A stretch of 64,000 bases of DNA from Squalus acanthias (GCA_030390025.1 CM059431.1:145702001-145766000), one strand, 5' to 3'. Numbered from the stretch's first letter, positions 10,103 through 24,447 are shown. The notes: generated by a model not told the origin, from the sequence alone. A program made the numbers and translations.

Positions 10103-13062
10103 CTCACCACCAGTAATGTTAGAATAGGGTCACCATCAGTAATGTTACAGTAGGGTCACCATCAGTTATGCTAGACTAGGATCACGAACAGAATTGTTAG
10201 AGTAGTTTCAACACCAGTAACGATAGAGTAGGGTCACCACCAGTTATGTTAGAGCAGGGTAAACACCAGTAATGTTAGAGTAGATTCACCACCAATAATG
10301 TTGGAATAGTGTCACCATCAGTAATGTTAGAGTAGAGTTACCAGCAGTAATGTTGGAGTAAAGTAAGCCACCAGTAATGTAAGAGTGCAGCATCACCAGT
10401 AATGTTACAGAAGGATCACTACCATATATGTTACTGTAGGATCACCAACAGTAAAGTTATCATACAGTCACAACCAGTAATGTTAGAGTAGGGTCACAAC
10501 TAGGAATGTTAGAGTTGGGTCACAGTCAGTTGTTTTAGAGTAGGGTCATAAAGAGTCATGTTAAACCAGGGACACCACAAGTAATGTTAGATAGTTTCGC
10601 CACCAGTAACGTTAAAGTACAGTCATTACCAGTAACGTCAGAGTAGGATCACCGCCAATAATATTAGAGTAGGGTCAACAACAGTAATGTTAGAGTAGGG
10701 TCACCACCAGTAACGTTAGAGTAGGATCACCGCCATTGATGTTAGAGTAGGGTCACCATAAGAAATGTTGGAGTTGAGTCACCACCAGTAATGTTAAAGT
10801 GCAGTCAGCACCAGCAATGTTAGAGCTGGCTTACCACCGTTAATGTTGGAGTAGATTCACCACCAATAATGTTAGAGTAGAGTCGCCAACAGCAATGATA
10901 GAGGAGGGTCACAATCAGTTATGTCAGAGTGGGGTAACCGCAGGTAATTTTAAATCACGGTCACCACCAGTAATGTTGGAGAATGGTCACCATCAGTAGT
11001 GTTAAATTAGTTTCACGAACAGAAACTTTAGAGTAAGGTCACCAATAGTAACGTTATAGTAGGATCAACACCAGTAAGGTTAGAGTTGGGATATCACGAT
11101 TCATTTTAGAGTAGGTTCACCACTTGTAATGTTAGACTAGTTTCATGTCATGTACAATGAGAGTACGATCAACTTCATTAATGTTAGCGTAGGATCATCA
11201 TCTGTAATGTTAGAGTAGGGCCACCACCAGTAATGTAAGAGTGGGGTCATCACCAGTAATGTTAGACTAGGGTCATCATCAGTAATGTTACAGTCGAGAC
11301 AGCACCAGTTATGTTAGAGTAGTATCACCAGCAGTAATGTAATCACCGTGTCAAAGTCAGTAATGCTGGAGTAGAGTCACCACCAGTAATGTTACAGTAG
11401 GATCACCAGCATTAATGTTAGAGTAGAATCACAACGAATAATGTTACGGTAGGATCACCACCAGTAATGTCAGAGTAGTGTCACCAGCAGCAATGTTAGG
11501 GTAGGTTCAGCACCAGTAATGTTAGAGTAGAGTGATCACCAGTAATGTGAGAGTAGAGTCACTACCAGTAATGTTCGACCAGTGTTAACAGCAGTAATGC
11601 TAAAGGAGTTTCACCACCAGTAATGTTAGAGTAGGGTCTCCACCAGTAATGTTCAGTAGGGTCACCACCAGTAACGTTGGAGTTGGATCACCATCAGTAA
11701 TGTTAGAGTAGAGACACGACAACATTTATTTTAGGGTATGGTCAAACCCAATAATGTTAGCGTGAGTTCACCATCAGCAATGTTAGTATAGGGTCAGCAC
11801 CAGTAATGTTAGTGTAGTTTCACCAACAGCAATGCTAGAGTAAGTCAGAATCAATAATGTTAGTTTAAGTTCCCCACCATTGATTTTAGAGTAGGGTCAC
11901 AATCAGCTATGTTAGAGCAGTGTCACCATCAGTTGTGTTAGTGTAGTTTCTCCACTTGTAACGTTAGAGTACTGTTACGACCAGCAATGTTAGAGGACAG
12001 TCACCACCAATAATGTTCGAATATGGTCACAACCATTAATGTTAGAGTAGAGTCACCACCAGTAATGTTAGAGTAGGGAAACCACAAATTTAATGTTAGA
12101 ATAGGATCAGCTAACGTAATGTTATAGTGATTCACCATCAGTAAGGTTAGAGTAGGGTCTCCACCAGTAATGATAGAGCAGTGTCACTAGAGTAATGTTA
12201 GCGTAGAGTCTCCACCAGTAATGTTAGAGTAGCGTCACCACAAATAATGTTAGTGTAGGATTGCCATCATAAATGATAGACTAGAGTTACAACCAGTAAT
12301 GTTAGAGTGAAAAAGCACCAGTAATGTTAGCGTAGGAACAACATCATTATTTTTTGAGTAGAATCACCAACATAAATTTCAGAGTAGGCACGCCTCCAGT
12401 AATGTTATTGCAGGGTCACCAGCAGTAATGTTAGAGAAGAGTCAGGACCAGTAATGTTAGAGTAGGGTCACAACTAGTGATGTTAGAGTTGAGACACCAC
12501 CAGCAATGTGAGAGTAGGGTCACAGCCAGTAATGTTAGAGTGGAGTCACCACCAGTAATGTTAGAGTAGTTTCAACACCAGTAATGTTAGAGTAGGTTCA
12601 CCATCAGTCATGATAGAGAAGGGTCATCACAAGTAATGTTAGAGTAGTGTCACCACCAGTCATGTTAGAGTTCAGACAGCACCAGTAATGTTCGAGCGGG
12701 TTCATCACCAGAAATGTTAGAATAGTGTCACCATCAGTAATGATAGAGTAGGGTGACCACCATTAATGTTAGAGTAGGGTCACCATCAGTAATGATAGAG
12801 TAGGTTGACCACCAGAAATGTTAGAGTAGGGTCACCATCAGTAATGATAGAGTAGGGTGCCAACCAGTAATGTTAGAGTTGGTTCTCCACAATTAATGTT
12901 AGAGTAGGGTCACCAACAGTAATGTTAGAGTAGAGTCACCGCGAGTAATGTTTGTGTTGAGACACCACCAGCAATGTTAGAGTAGGTTCTCCACCATTAA
13001 TGTTAGAGTAGGTTCCGCACCAGTAATGTTAGAGTTGAGACACCACCAGTAATGTTAGAGCA
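10103..13062 (+). repeat. 26-bp satellite array
   Basis: Same unit as 3745-4850, ~3 kb. Confidence 0.95.
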
Positions 13063-16000
13063 ACGATATAGCTAAAAAATGGGTCGAGGTCCTAAACGCT
13101 GAATATAGGGAGTTAGGAGGTAAATTAAAGAATAGAACCTCAAAGGTAGTAATCTCAGGATTGCTACCAGTGCCACGTGCTAGTCCGAGTAGAAACAGAA
13201 GGATATTTCAGATGAATACGTGGCTAGAGGAATGGTACAAGGGGGAGGGATTCAAATTCCTGGGACATTGGAACCGGTTCTGTGGGAGGTGGGACCAGTA
13301 CAAATCGGCCGGTTTGCACCTGGGTAAGACCGGGACCGATGTCCTTGGGGGAGTGTTTGCTAGTGCTCTGGGGGAGGGTTTAAACTAAAATAGCAGGGGG
13401 GTGGGAACTTGAGCCGGGAGACAGAGGAAAGGGAAACAAGGATCGAAGCAAAATTCAGGAAGGAAAAAAACAAAAGTGTCTGTCAGAGAAATCAAGGGAT
13501 TAAATCAAACGTGGCCACAATAAATAATAATTCTACAAGGTCTAAGTGCGTTAAACAAACAAGCCTGAAGGCTTGGTGTCTTAATGCGAGGAGCATTCGC
13601 AATAAGGTGGATGAATTAGCTGCGCAAATAGAGGTAAATGAATATGATATGATTGGGATTACGGAAACATGGCTCCAGGGTGACCAAGGCTGGGAACTCA
13701 ACATACAGTGTTATTCAATATTCAGGAAAGATAGGCAAAAAGGAAAAAGAGGTGGGGTAGCATTGCTGTTTAAAGAAGGGGTTAACACAATTGTAAGGAA
13801 GGATATTAGCTCTGATGATGTGGAATCTGTATGGGTAGAACTGAGAAATACCAAGGGGCAGAAAACGCTAGTGGGAGTGGTGTATAGACCGCCAAACAGT
13901 AATACGGAGGTTGAGGATGTCATTAAGAGGGAAATTAGAGAAGCGTGCAATAAGAGCACAGCAGTTATCATGGGCGACTTTAATCTACATATAGATTGGG
14001 CTAACCAAATTAGTAGCAATACTTTGGAGGAGGAATTCCTGGAGTGTATACGGGATGGTTTCCTGGAACAATATTTCGAGGAACCAACTAGAGATCAGGC
14101 CATCTTAGACTGGGTGTTATGTAATGAGAAAGGATTAATTAGCAATCTTGTTGTGCGAGTCCCCTTGGCTTGGAGCGATCATAATATGATAGAATTCTTC
14201 ATTAAGATGGAGAGTGAAGTAGTTGACTCAGAGACTAGGGTCCTGTATGTAAATAAAGGAAACTACGATGGTATGAGGCGCGAGTTGGGTAGGATTGATT
14301 GGGGAATGTCACTCAAAGGGTTGACGGTGGATAGGCAATGGCAAATATTCAAAGATCGTATGAATGAACTACAGAATTTGTTCATCCCAGTTTGGCATAA
14401 AAATAAAAGAAAAAAGGTGACTCAACCGTGGCTAACAAAGGCAATTAGGGATAGCATAAGATCCAAGGAGAGGTCATATAAGTTGTTCAGAAAAAGCAGA
14501 AAACCTGAGGATTGGGAGCCTATAGGATTCAGCAACCAAGGACAGAGGGATTAATTAAGAGGGGGAAAATAGAGTATGAGAGTGAGCTTGCAGGGAACAT
14601 AAAAACTGACTGTAAAAGCTTTTATAGATATGTGAAGAGAAAAAGATTGGTGAAGTCAAGCGTAGGTCTCTTGCAGTCAGAATCAGGGGAATTTATAATG
14701 GGGAACAAAGAAATGGCTGATCAATTAAATGCATACTTTGGTTCTGTCTTCATAAAGGAGGACACAAATAACCTCCCAGAGATGTCGGGGAAAATATGGG
14801 TCTAATGAGAGGGAGGAACTGAAATAAATCAGCATTTGTAGGGAAATAGTGTTAGGGAAATTGACGGGATTGAAGGCCGATACATCCCCAGGGACTGATA
14901 ATCTACATCCTAGGGTACTTAAGGAAGTGGCCCTAGAAATATTAGATGCATTGCTGCTCATCGTCCAAAATTCTATAGGTTCTGAAACAGTACCCATGGA
15001 TTGGAGGGCAGCTAATGTAGCCCACTATTCAAAAAAGGTGGTAGAGAGAAAAAGGGGAATTATACACCGGTAAGCCTGACATCGGTAGTGGGGAAAATGA
15101 TAGAGTCCATTATAAAAGATGTAATAGCAGAGCACTTGGAAAACAGTGACAGGATCGGACAAAGTCAACATGGATTTACAAAAGGTAAATCGTGCTTGAC
15201 TAATCTACTGGAATTTTTTGAGGATGTAACTGGTAAAATAGATAAGGAAGAATCAGTTTATGTGGTGTATTTGGACATTCAGAAGGCTTTTGATAAGATC
15301 CCGCATAAGAGATTAGCGTGTAAAGTTAAGGCACATGGGATTGGGGGCAAGGTACTGACTTGGAAAGAGAACTGGTTGGCAGACAGAAAGCAAAGGGTTG
15401 GAATAAATGGGTCTTTTTCCGAGTGGCAGGCAGTGACTAGTGGGGTAACGCAGGGATCGGTCCTAGGACTCCTGCTATTCACAATATATATTACTGATCA
15501 AGAGGAGGGAATTGGATGTAATATCTCAAAGTTTGCAGACGACACAAAGCTGGGTGGGAGTGCGTGCTGTGAGGATGATGCCGAGAAACTCCAGTATGAT
15601 TTGGACAGGTTGGGTGATTGGGCAGAAGCATGGCAGATGCAATATAATGTGGATAAATGCCAGGTTATCCACTTTCGTGTCAAAAACAGGAAGGCAGATT
15701 ATTACCGGAATGGCAATAGATTGGGAGAAGGGGAAGCGCAACGAGACCTGGGTGTCCTTGTGCACCGGTCGCTGAAGGTAAGCATGCAGGTGCAGCAGGC
15801 GGTTAAGAAGGCAAATGGTATGTTGCCCTTCGTAGCGAAAGGGTTAGAGTGCAGGAACAAGGATGTCTTGCTGCAGTTGTACAGCGCCTTGGTGAGAACA
15901 GATCTTGAGTATTGTGTGATGTTTTGGTCGCCTTAACTGAGGAAGGATGTTCTTGCCATGGAGGGAGTGCAGCGAAGATTTACCAGGCTGATACCTGGGA

Positions 16001-16470
16001 TCGCAGGAATGACGTATGAGGAGAGATTGGGTCGATTGGGCTTTTATTCGCTGGGTTTAGAAGAATGAGAGGGGATCTCATTGAAACTTATAAAATTCTA
16101 ACATGACTAGACAGACTAGATGCAGAAAGGATGTCCCCGATGGCCGGGGAATCCAGAACCAGGGGTCACAGTCTAATGATAAGGGGTTAGCCATTCAGGA
16201 CTGAGATGAGGAGGAATTTCCTCACCCAGAGAGTGGTGAACCTATGGAATTCTCTCCCACAGAAGGCAGTAGAGGCCAATTCATTAAATATATTCAAGAA
16301 GGAGTTAGATATATTTCTTAAAGCTGAGGGGATCAAGGGATATGGGGAGAAGGCATGGACAGGGTACTGAATTTGAATGATCAGCCATGATCTCATTGAA
16401 TGGCGGAGTAGGCTCTTGGGGCTGAATGGCCTGCTCCTGCTCCTATTTTCTATGTTTCTATGTTTCTATA
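13063..16470 (+). mobile_element. 5'-truncated CR1 LINE (end of ORF1 esterase, APE, RT, tail)
   Basis: ORFs 13161-13388, 13409-14554 (NARSI, ITETW, GDFN, SDH) and 15088-15936 (FADDTK); tail TTCTATGTTTCTATGTTTCTA. Confidence 0.93.
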
Positions 16471-16609
16471 TAATTGCCTTAGTTCGTTATATTACCAATA
16501 ATTTCAATCTTGATCATTTAATTGCAATTCGAACAAGTGAATACTTTAATTATATATCTGTCTTTATTTTTGTACCATCTGTACCAATTTACTCACCAAG
16601 GCTCTTCCC

Positions 16610-16912
16610 AAACACGTGAGATTTTCCACCTAGAAGGACAAGCCCAGCAGGCGCATAGGAACACCACCACCTCCAAGTTCCCCTCCAAGTCTCACACCAT
16701 CCTGACTTGGAAGTATATCGCCTTTCCTTCATCATCGCTTGGTCAAAATCCTGAAACTCCCTCCCTAACAGCACTGCAGGAATACCTTCACCACACGGAC
16801 TGCATCGGTGCAAGAGGGCGGCTCACCAGCGCCTTCTCAAGGGCAATTAGGGACGGGCAATAAAGGCAGGCCTTGCCAGCGACGCCCACATCCCATGAAT
16901 GAATAAAAAAAA
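16610..16912 (+). mobile_element. 3' tail of a second LINE family (CR1/L2-clade-like), poly(A) end; mirrored at 41865-42190
   Basis: Matches the 3' end of the LINE at 36600-36925; ends TGAATGAATAAAAAAAA. Confidence 0.75.
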
Positions 16913-18578
16913 GATGATGGCAGTCCAGATATTTTCTTTTACATTATAAACACATTTCCAACACTGTTATCAAATGATTAATGTTTTCTAAAATGTACGA
17001 ATCAGTTTACAATGACATGTCTTTAATTACATTTCTTCTTACTGCAACCTGAATCTGACCATTGCTGCAGGGTGTGCCCTCGCTCATCAGCTCAGTGCTA
17101 CTTTAAATTGACTGCTTAACAGGCAAAGGCGAAAGGTTAACATTACTACAATATTAAGATAAACCAATACAGTATAACATTATCAAACGTCAGGACCGTC
17201 TTTTTCTCCCTTCCCGTACAGTGGCCTCTGTCATAGCATTAGAGTATTTAATGTCAGCATTAAACTATATCTCATCAGCAACGTATATCTATCACGGTCT
17301 ATTCTTTTGTGCATATCTCTACCCATTGGTTTTGCACATTAAACTCTCCAGAACCACATTAACCTTTTCAATTAGGGTTCTTTTCAGCATGCTTGACCGT
17401 GTCTTGGACCTGTTCGCCATGGAATCTTCATCATGAATATCGCAAGCTAGTTGCTTCTTGCACAACACGTCACTTCTGCACACACAGCGATAATCCAAGA
17501 TCACGCAGCGCAATACATCCGACACAAACCATTCCTGCCCTTTCTGTCAATCCGGGGGTGGGGGTGGGGGAGGGGGGATTCTGTAGGTGTTTGATTTTAA
17601 GATAACAACTACATTCTTCTCATTATTCAGTTGAAGCAAGAACACAACCATCTCCAACGGAAAGCTATCAATTAACCATCTTAACTAAAATGTATTGACT
17701 TTCACGAGATTCTGCATTGATTCCAGACTTATAACTTTTGGCGAGTCGTGTCAAGGTGACTTAAGTTAAGAAGGGGATTGACAGCATAGATAGAAGGAGA
17801 CAACTTGTATTAGTTGAGGATCAAGAACTAACTGCCAGAGGTAAAAGAATAAATGGAAGAGATTTAGAACTGAGTGCAGGATAACCATCTTTACATGGAG
17901 AGTTGTGAGGCTGTGGATTGGATATAACAATTAATAAAAATTGGTTGATGGGATGCTGAGATAAGGCGGGTAAAGTGAATGGAACTATTTTCTCGGGTGC
18001 AGTGTAAACGCGGTCACGGACTGGTTGGGTAAAATTATCTGTCCCCTGTTATCAATTCTACAACATTTTGATGGCCAGTTTGGGGGTTAAGTAAACATCT
18101 GTGAACAAAGATGTCTAATGTCACATTGACGAGTCAAGCTACTACTGTCTCCATCATTCGACACTGATCAGGAGACAGGGCCCCGTTCTATTGGTACAGG
18201 AGACAATGGGTTACGGAGTCAGATGGGGAAACCAGCGCCTGCAACATTCACACCAAGATTACACAATTAGAGATAACCACCATTATAACACATTGTTTCG
18301 ACACTAAAGGAAACTGTAACTATTAATTAAACTGGGGCGTCTCATTCCAGTACCTGCGGTGTGAGGCAGTTAACGCTGACGCCCATATGTTCTACTCCAT
18401 TGCTGAAGCTCAATCATGACTGTTCTCTTTGAATCTTGAGCGGGAAATGCGCTGTTTTAGGAGAAATCGATTATGTTCACCCGCGGAAAGCAGCAGACAT
18501 CAGACACACGGCACAAAGTGGGAGAAATGTTTTCTGGTCCTTTTTATTTTCACAACAGCAAAGCATAGTATTTGAACT

Positions 18579-20326
18579 CTAGTTTGGACCGGAATCTTTG
18601 TTATATTTTTTCATGTATTTGCAAATAAATGTCCAAGGAGTTTTCATCGCCTGCTTTAGCTCTTCCCTGAATTTAGTTTGAGTAGCTGCATAAATACATG
18701 TGTTTGAACAAGAACTCAAATACATGAGCATATAACCGGTTTCAGCGGCAATATAGGCAGGGGCGGCATAATCGCCTCGGTAATGCACGGTGCTTGTCAC
18801 TCTGGTAGTTAAATTAGTAACGCTAGTTGTCAGCCACAACAGTATAAAACTGGCCGATACAGTGAACATTAAAATGATGGATTTCCTTCGGTTTACCATC
18901 TCTGGATCGCTCTGATTCTCACTGCTGTGACCCCGGAGTCCCCTGCGGGCTCTGCTGGCCACTAAAATACGTCTGGCTGTCAAACAATTAAACAGTAACA
19001 TCAAAACATAACTAAGCCAAGTAAAACAAATGCGACGTAACAAGGAAAACGCAACTCCTACAGGCGATGAAACAAACTCCACTCTGGAGCGGCAACCCCA
19101 GTGAACATTGTTAATTATTCGCTCAGGTTCAAATGCAAACCAAAACACGAGGCTCTGTAAACAGACCAGGACAGAGATCGTTATTATAACCGCGGCCGCA
19201 GTTCTCACTGTGCAATACATTGTTTTAAACCTCTCACAACATATAGCTACAAATCGGTCAAATGTGAACGAGACTGTGAACCACACCGACAAATACAGGG
19301 CGACACATTGCACGTATATAATGATTTTACAAACCACAGATAACGACAGGAATGAATGTGGAAAGTGATAACGTAAAATGCGGTTCAGTAATATATTGAA
19401 GATCATGACCAGTAGATCTGCTGTTGCCATGGCCACCATGTAGACTGAGATACACATGGAAAGGCCGCAGTTTCCTCTGGAGAGAATCACGATTGTCAGT
19501 AGGTTCGCTGTGAGAAAGAGAGACAAGAGCTCAGTAACGGAGACACTCGGATAAGTCTCACAGCTTATTCTGGGGAAATATTCGGATGTGTCCGTATTCA
19601 GCGTTATGCGCACCGATTTTTTCATTAATATAGGCGATGTTGAAGACATTTTATTTAAAGTAATAAAATCACTAAACATTCAATATCGAGGGACTGAAAA
19701 TTCGCCGTCCGTCCAGCAAACTTCAGTCAAGTATCAAATATAATTACACGGCAATTAATGGAAAGATATAATTCAAATAAAACATTCAACTCCGATTTAA
19801 AAAAACGTTCAAATTATACTCAAACGCTGTTGAGAGGAGGGCAGCACCTTCCTGAGTGGAAATTATATCGTAAAATACCTTTCAAAATCCCCTCTTGGTG
19901 GAAGTTTCTGCAGTTCGAGGTATTATCAACTTAATGTAGACAAGGAATAACAACACAAATTACGTGATTACAATGAGCACTGAGCAATACATTCTTAATG
20001 AGCTATGGATTGTTGGAGGAGCCGGGGAATCAGCCTCGCCCTCGCTCAGTATAGGAAGGAACATTGAGCGCCCGGTGCCCGCGATCTAGCGACCAGAACA
20101 GCGCCTCAGCGATCGCGCGTACGTTAAAGATTGCCGCTGATTTTCACCGACTGATCCCGGTGAATAAATGACTCTGCAATGTGGACATTCTCGGAATCTG
20201 TTACATTAACACTGAGATAGTCAACAGGTATTAGGCAACAGGATACTTTGACTTACCGGGAATGCCAAATGCTGCGAGGACATGGTAGTAAATGTCCCGT
20301 ATCTGTACAATTATTGGCCGCACCAT
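18579..20326 (-). CDS. Intact two-exon class A orphan GPCR, GPR139/GPR142-like (exon 1 20257-20326, exon 2 18579-19507; 332 aa)
   Basis: Exon 1 MVRPIIVQIRDIYYHVLAAFGIP + G|GTAAGT; acceptor TTTCTCACAG|CG; ANLLTIVIL, MATADLL, FTFDRFVAIC, SCSNTCIY; joined CDS is 999 nt, in frame. Confidence 0.9.
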
Positions 20327-20405
20327 TGTTTTGAAGATTTGTGTGAATTCTGCGCTGCATTACGATTCCGACTGGAGTGTTTCTGAGATCGGTAAATGCT
20401 CCCCC

Positions 20406-20525
20406 TTTATAGAACAATTTGTGGCCCGGTGAGATAGTCAGGTTGCACAATAATTGGCGTTAATTACAGTCACTTAACAAACAAGGTGCGATTTCAAACT
20501 TCAGTGCGCCCGAGCCGCCGATTGG
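20406..20525 (-). promoter_or_regulatory. Putative GPCR core promoter: TATAAA and two CCAAT boxes
   Basis: Minus-strand TATAAA at 20406-20411, ~80 nt upstream of the ATG; CCAAT at 20453-20457 and 20521-20525; TATA conserved in the mirror copy at 38384-38389. Confidence 0.55.
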
Positions 20526-20751
20526 GAAATTGAACAGCTCAGTCCATGAAACTCCGTCCATTAAAATCAATGAACGGAAAGTAATCCCCGAGTAGATGGA
20601 CTCAGCGCATGTCCAGTAAACCCTGAAGGAAAAAGAAAACGTCCCCCCGGACACTGCAGTGATTTCTTGGAGCCTCATCTTAATTTGGTGAAATCGTCAT
20701 TGCACAATTAAAATTCGTTTTGTACTGTGATGATGAATGATGTTGAATCGG

Positions 20752-22585
20752 TTCTAACATTACTGGAGTTGACCCTAATCTAACATTACTGGTGGTGACC
20801 CTACTCTAACATTACTGCTGGTGACTCTACTCTAACATTACTGGTGGTTACCCTACTCTAACATTACTGGTGGTGACCCTACTCTAACATTACTGGTGGT
20901 GACCCTACTCTAACATTACTGGTGGTGACCCTACTCTAACATTACTGCTGGTGACTCTACTCTAACATTACTGGTGGTGACCCTACTCTAACATTACTGG
21001 TGGTGACCCTATTCTAACATGACTGGTGGTGACCCTACTGTAACATTACTGGTGGGGACGCTACTCTAACATTACAGGCGTTGTCTCTACTCTAACATTT
21101 TGGTGGTTTCTCTACTCTAACATTACTGGTGGTGATCCTACTCTAACGTTATTGGTGGTGAACCTACTCTAACATTACTGGTGGTGACCCTACTCTAACA
21201 TTACTGGTGATGACCCTACTCTAACATTACTGGTGGTGACCCTACTCTAACATTACTGGTGGTGACCCTACTCTAACATTATTGATGGTGACCCTACACT
21301 AACATTACTGGTGGTGACCCTACTCCAACATTACTGGTGGTGACCCTACTCTAACATTACTGGTGGTGACCCTACTCTAACATTACTGGTGGTGACCCTA
21401 CTCTAACATTACTGCTGGTGACTCTACTCTAACATTACTGGTGGTGACTCTACTCTAACATTACTGGTGGTGACCCTGCTCTAAAATTACTATTGGTGAC
21501 CCTGCTTCAACATTACTGGTGGTGACCCTACTCTTGCATTACTGTTGGTGACTCTACCCTAACATTACTGGTGGTGACCCTACTCTAACATTACTGGTGG
21601 TGACCCTACTCTAACATTACTGCTGGTGACCCTACTCTAACATTACTGGTGGTGACCCTACTCTACCATTACTGGTGATGACCCTACTCTAACATTACTA
21701 TTGGTGACCCTGCTCTAACATTACTGGTGGTGACCCTACTCTTGCATTACTGTTGGTGACTCTACCCTAACATTACTGGTGGTGACCCTATTCTAACATT
21801 ACTGGTGGTGACAATACTCAAACATTACTGGTGGGGTCCCTATACTAACTTGACTGGTGGTGACCCTACTGTAACATTACTGGTGGTGACGCTACTCTAA
21901 CATTACAGGCGGTGTCTCTAGTCTAACATTTTGGTGGTTTTCTACTCTAACATTAATGGTGGTGATCCTACTCTAACATTATTGGTGGTGAACCTGCTCT
22001 AACATTACTGGTGGTGATCCTGCTCTAACATTACTGGTGTTGACCCTACTCTAACATTACTGGTGGTGGCCCTACTCTAACATTACAGGTAGTGATCCTG
22101 CTCTAACATTACTGGTGGTGACACTGCTCTAACATTACTGGTGGTGACCCTACTCTAACATTACTGGTGGTGAGCCTACACTGACATTACTGGTGTTGAC
22201 CCTCCTCTAACATTACTCGTGGTGACTCTACTGTATCAGTACTGTGTTAACCCTACTCTAACATTAATGGTGGTTCCTGTACACTAACATGACTAGGGTT
22301 GACCCTACTCAAACATTACTGGTGTTGACACTACTTTAACTTGACTGTGGGTGGCCCTAGTCTAGCATCAATGGCTATGCCTCTACTGTTACATTACTGC
22401 TTGTGACTCTACGATCATATTACTGGTGCTTACTTGGCTCTAATATTACTGTACGTGACCCTAATTTAACATTGTTCTTGGTGATCCGATTCTAATAATG
22501 CTGCTGTTCTTCCCAAATGTTACTGCTGCTAACAATACTCTAAGCTATTGGGTGGTGATTCCTCTCTACCATTACTGCTGTTGAC
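20752..22585 (-). repeat. 26-bp satellite array, inverted orientation
   Basis: (CTCTAACATTACTGGTGGTGACCCTA)n. Confidence 0.96.
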
Positions 22586-22586
22586 C

Positions 22587-24447
22587 TTTTTTTTTATTTG
22601 TTCACGGGAAGTTGGTGTCGCTGTAAAGGACAGTCTTTATTCCATATTTGGACAATGCTGTAATGAGATCTGGAGCCACGTGATCTTGGCGGATCCCAAA
22701 CTGGGCATCGGTTAGCAGGTTTTTGATCAGCAAGGGACTCTTGATAGCAATGGCGACGACACCTTCCATCACTTTGCTGATAATTGAGTGCAAGGTGATG
22801 AGGCGGTAATTGGGCCGAATTTGATTTCTCCTGCTTTTTGTGGACAGGACATTCCGGGGTAATTTTTCACTATGTCGGTAGATGCCAGTGTTGTAGTTGT
22901 ACTAAAACAACTTGGCTAGAAGTGCAGCTAGATCTGGATCACAAGTCTGCAGCACCACAGCCTGGAGGCTGTCGGGCCACAGACTTTGCTGTAACCAGAG
23001 CGCTCAGTCGTTTTTTGATGTCACGTGGAGGGAATCGAATTGGCTGAAACTGACATTGTGATGGTGGCGACCTCAGGAGCAGTCCGAGATGGATCATCCA
23101 CTCGGCAATACTGGCTGGAGATGGCTGCGAATGCTTCAGCTTTTTCTTTTGCACTCCCTTGCTTGGCTCCGTCGTCATTAAGGATGGGGATATTAATGGA
23201 GCATCCTTTCCTAGTATTTGTTTAATTATTCATCGCCATTAAAGATTGGATGTGGCAGGACTGCAGAACTTTATCTGATGCGTTATGTGTGGGATCGCTG
23301 AGCTCTGTCTAAAGCAATGTGCTTCCGTTGTTTAGCATGCATGTTGTCCTGTGTTTCAGCTTCCCCAGGTTGGAAGCTTATTTTTAAGAAACGCCTGGTG
23401 CTGCTCCTGGTATGTTCTTCTACACTCTTCATTGAACCAGGGTTGGTCCCCTGGCTTGATGGTAACAGCAGAGTGAGTGATATGCCGCACCATGAGTTTA
23501 CAGATTCAGGTGGAATACAAATATGCTGCTGCTGATGGCCCATGCGCCTCATGGACCCCAGCTTTGAGCTGCTAGATCTTTTCGGAATCTATCCCATTTA
23601 GTACGGGATTCCATCTCCACAAGGACTGTGCGCTGGTAACTGCTACCATTGCTGTCATGGTTAGATTCATCTGCAACAAGTACTTGGTAAGAATGAGGTC
23701 AATTAGTTTTTTCCCTCGTGATTGTTCTCTCACCACCTGACAAAAGCTCAGTCCGGCAGCCAACGTCCAAGGCTCCTCCATCACTATCTCTGGGTATGTG
23801 CTGTCCCACCAGCAGGACAAACCTCCAAGAGGTGCCAGCACAGTGGTATACAGTCGTGAAGGTGTTGTACTGGGAGTATTCTACATTGACATCGGACCTC
23901 ATGCAGTCTCTTGCCATCAGGACAAACATGGGCAAGGAATCCACATGCTGATTGCCCCCTACTGGCCTCCGTCAGTGATGAATCAGTACTCTTTCATGTT
24001 GAACTCCACTTGAAGAAGCACTGAGGGTAGCAATGACACAGAGTGTTCTCTGGAAGGCTGACCTAAATGTCCAAAACCAAAACTGGCTCAGTAGCACCAC
24101 TACTGACCGAGTTGGCCGACTCCAGAAGTACATAGCTGCCAGACGTAGCTTGGGGCCGGTGGTGAGAGAAATAACACGAGGGAAAACCTACTTGACCTCG
24201 TCCTCAACAATCTACCTGTCGCAGATGCATCTGTTCATGGCAGTATATTTTGGAGTGACCACAGCACAGTTGTTGTCGAGACGAAGTGCCGTCTATACAC
24301 TGTGAACAACCTCCAATCTGTTGTGTGGCACTACCACCTTGCTAAATGATTCAGAACAGATTTAGCAGCTCAAAACTTAGCTTCTACGAGGCGCTGTGGG
24401 CCATCAACAGCAACAACATTGTATACCACCACAATCTGTAAAGTCAT
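22587..24447. mobile_element. LINE family-2 fragments, head to head (minus 22587-23760, plus 23761-24447)
   Basis: APE motifs QVVREQSRGKKLIDLILT and VVREITRGK; poly(T) at ~22587; mirror of 33945-36925 with ~1.1 kb deleted. Confidence 0.75.

Noticed and set aside
17221..17605. Small ORFs apparently conserved with 41108-41559, and 20253-20678 with 38117-38542
   Set aside because: Similarity is due to the inverted duplication; no protein motifs
19508..19679. N-terminal extensions of the GPCR ORFs (also 39111-39282)
   Set aside because: Intronic, upstream of a clear splice acceptor; the real exon 1 was found
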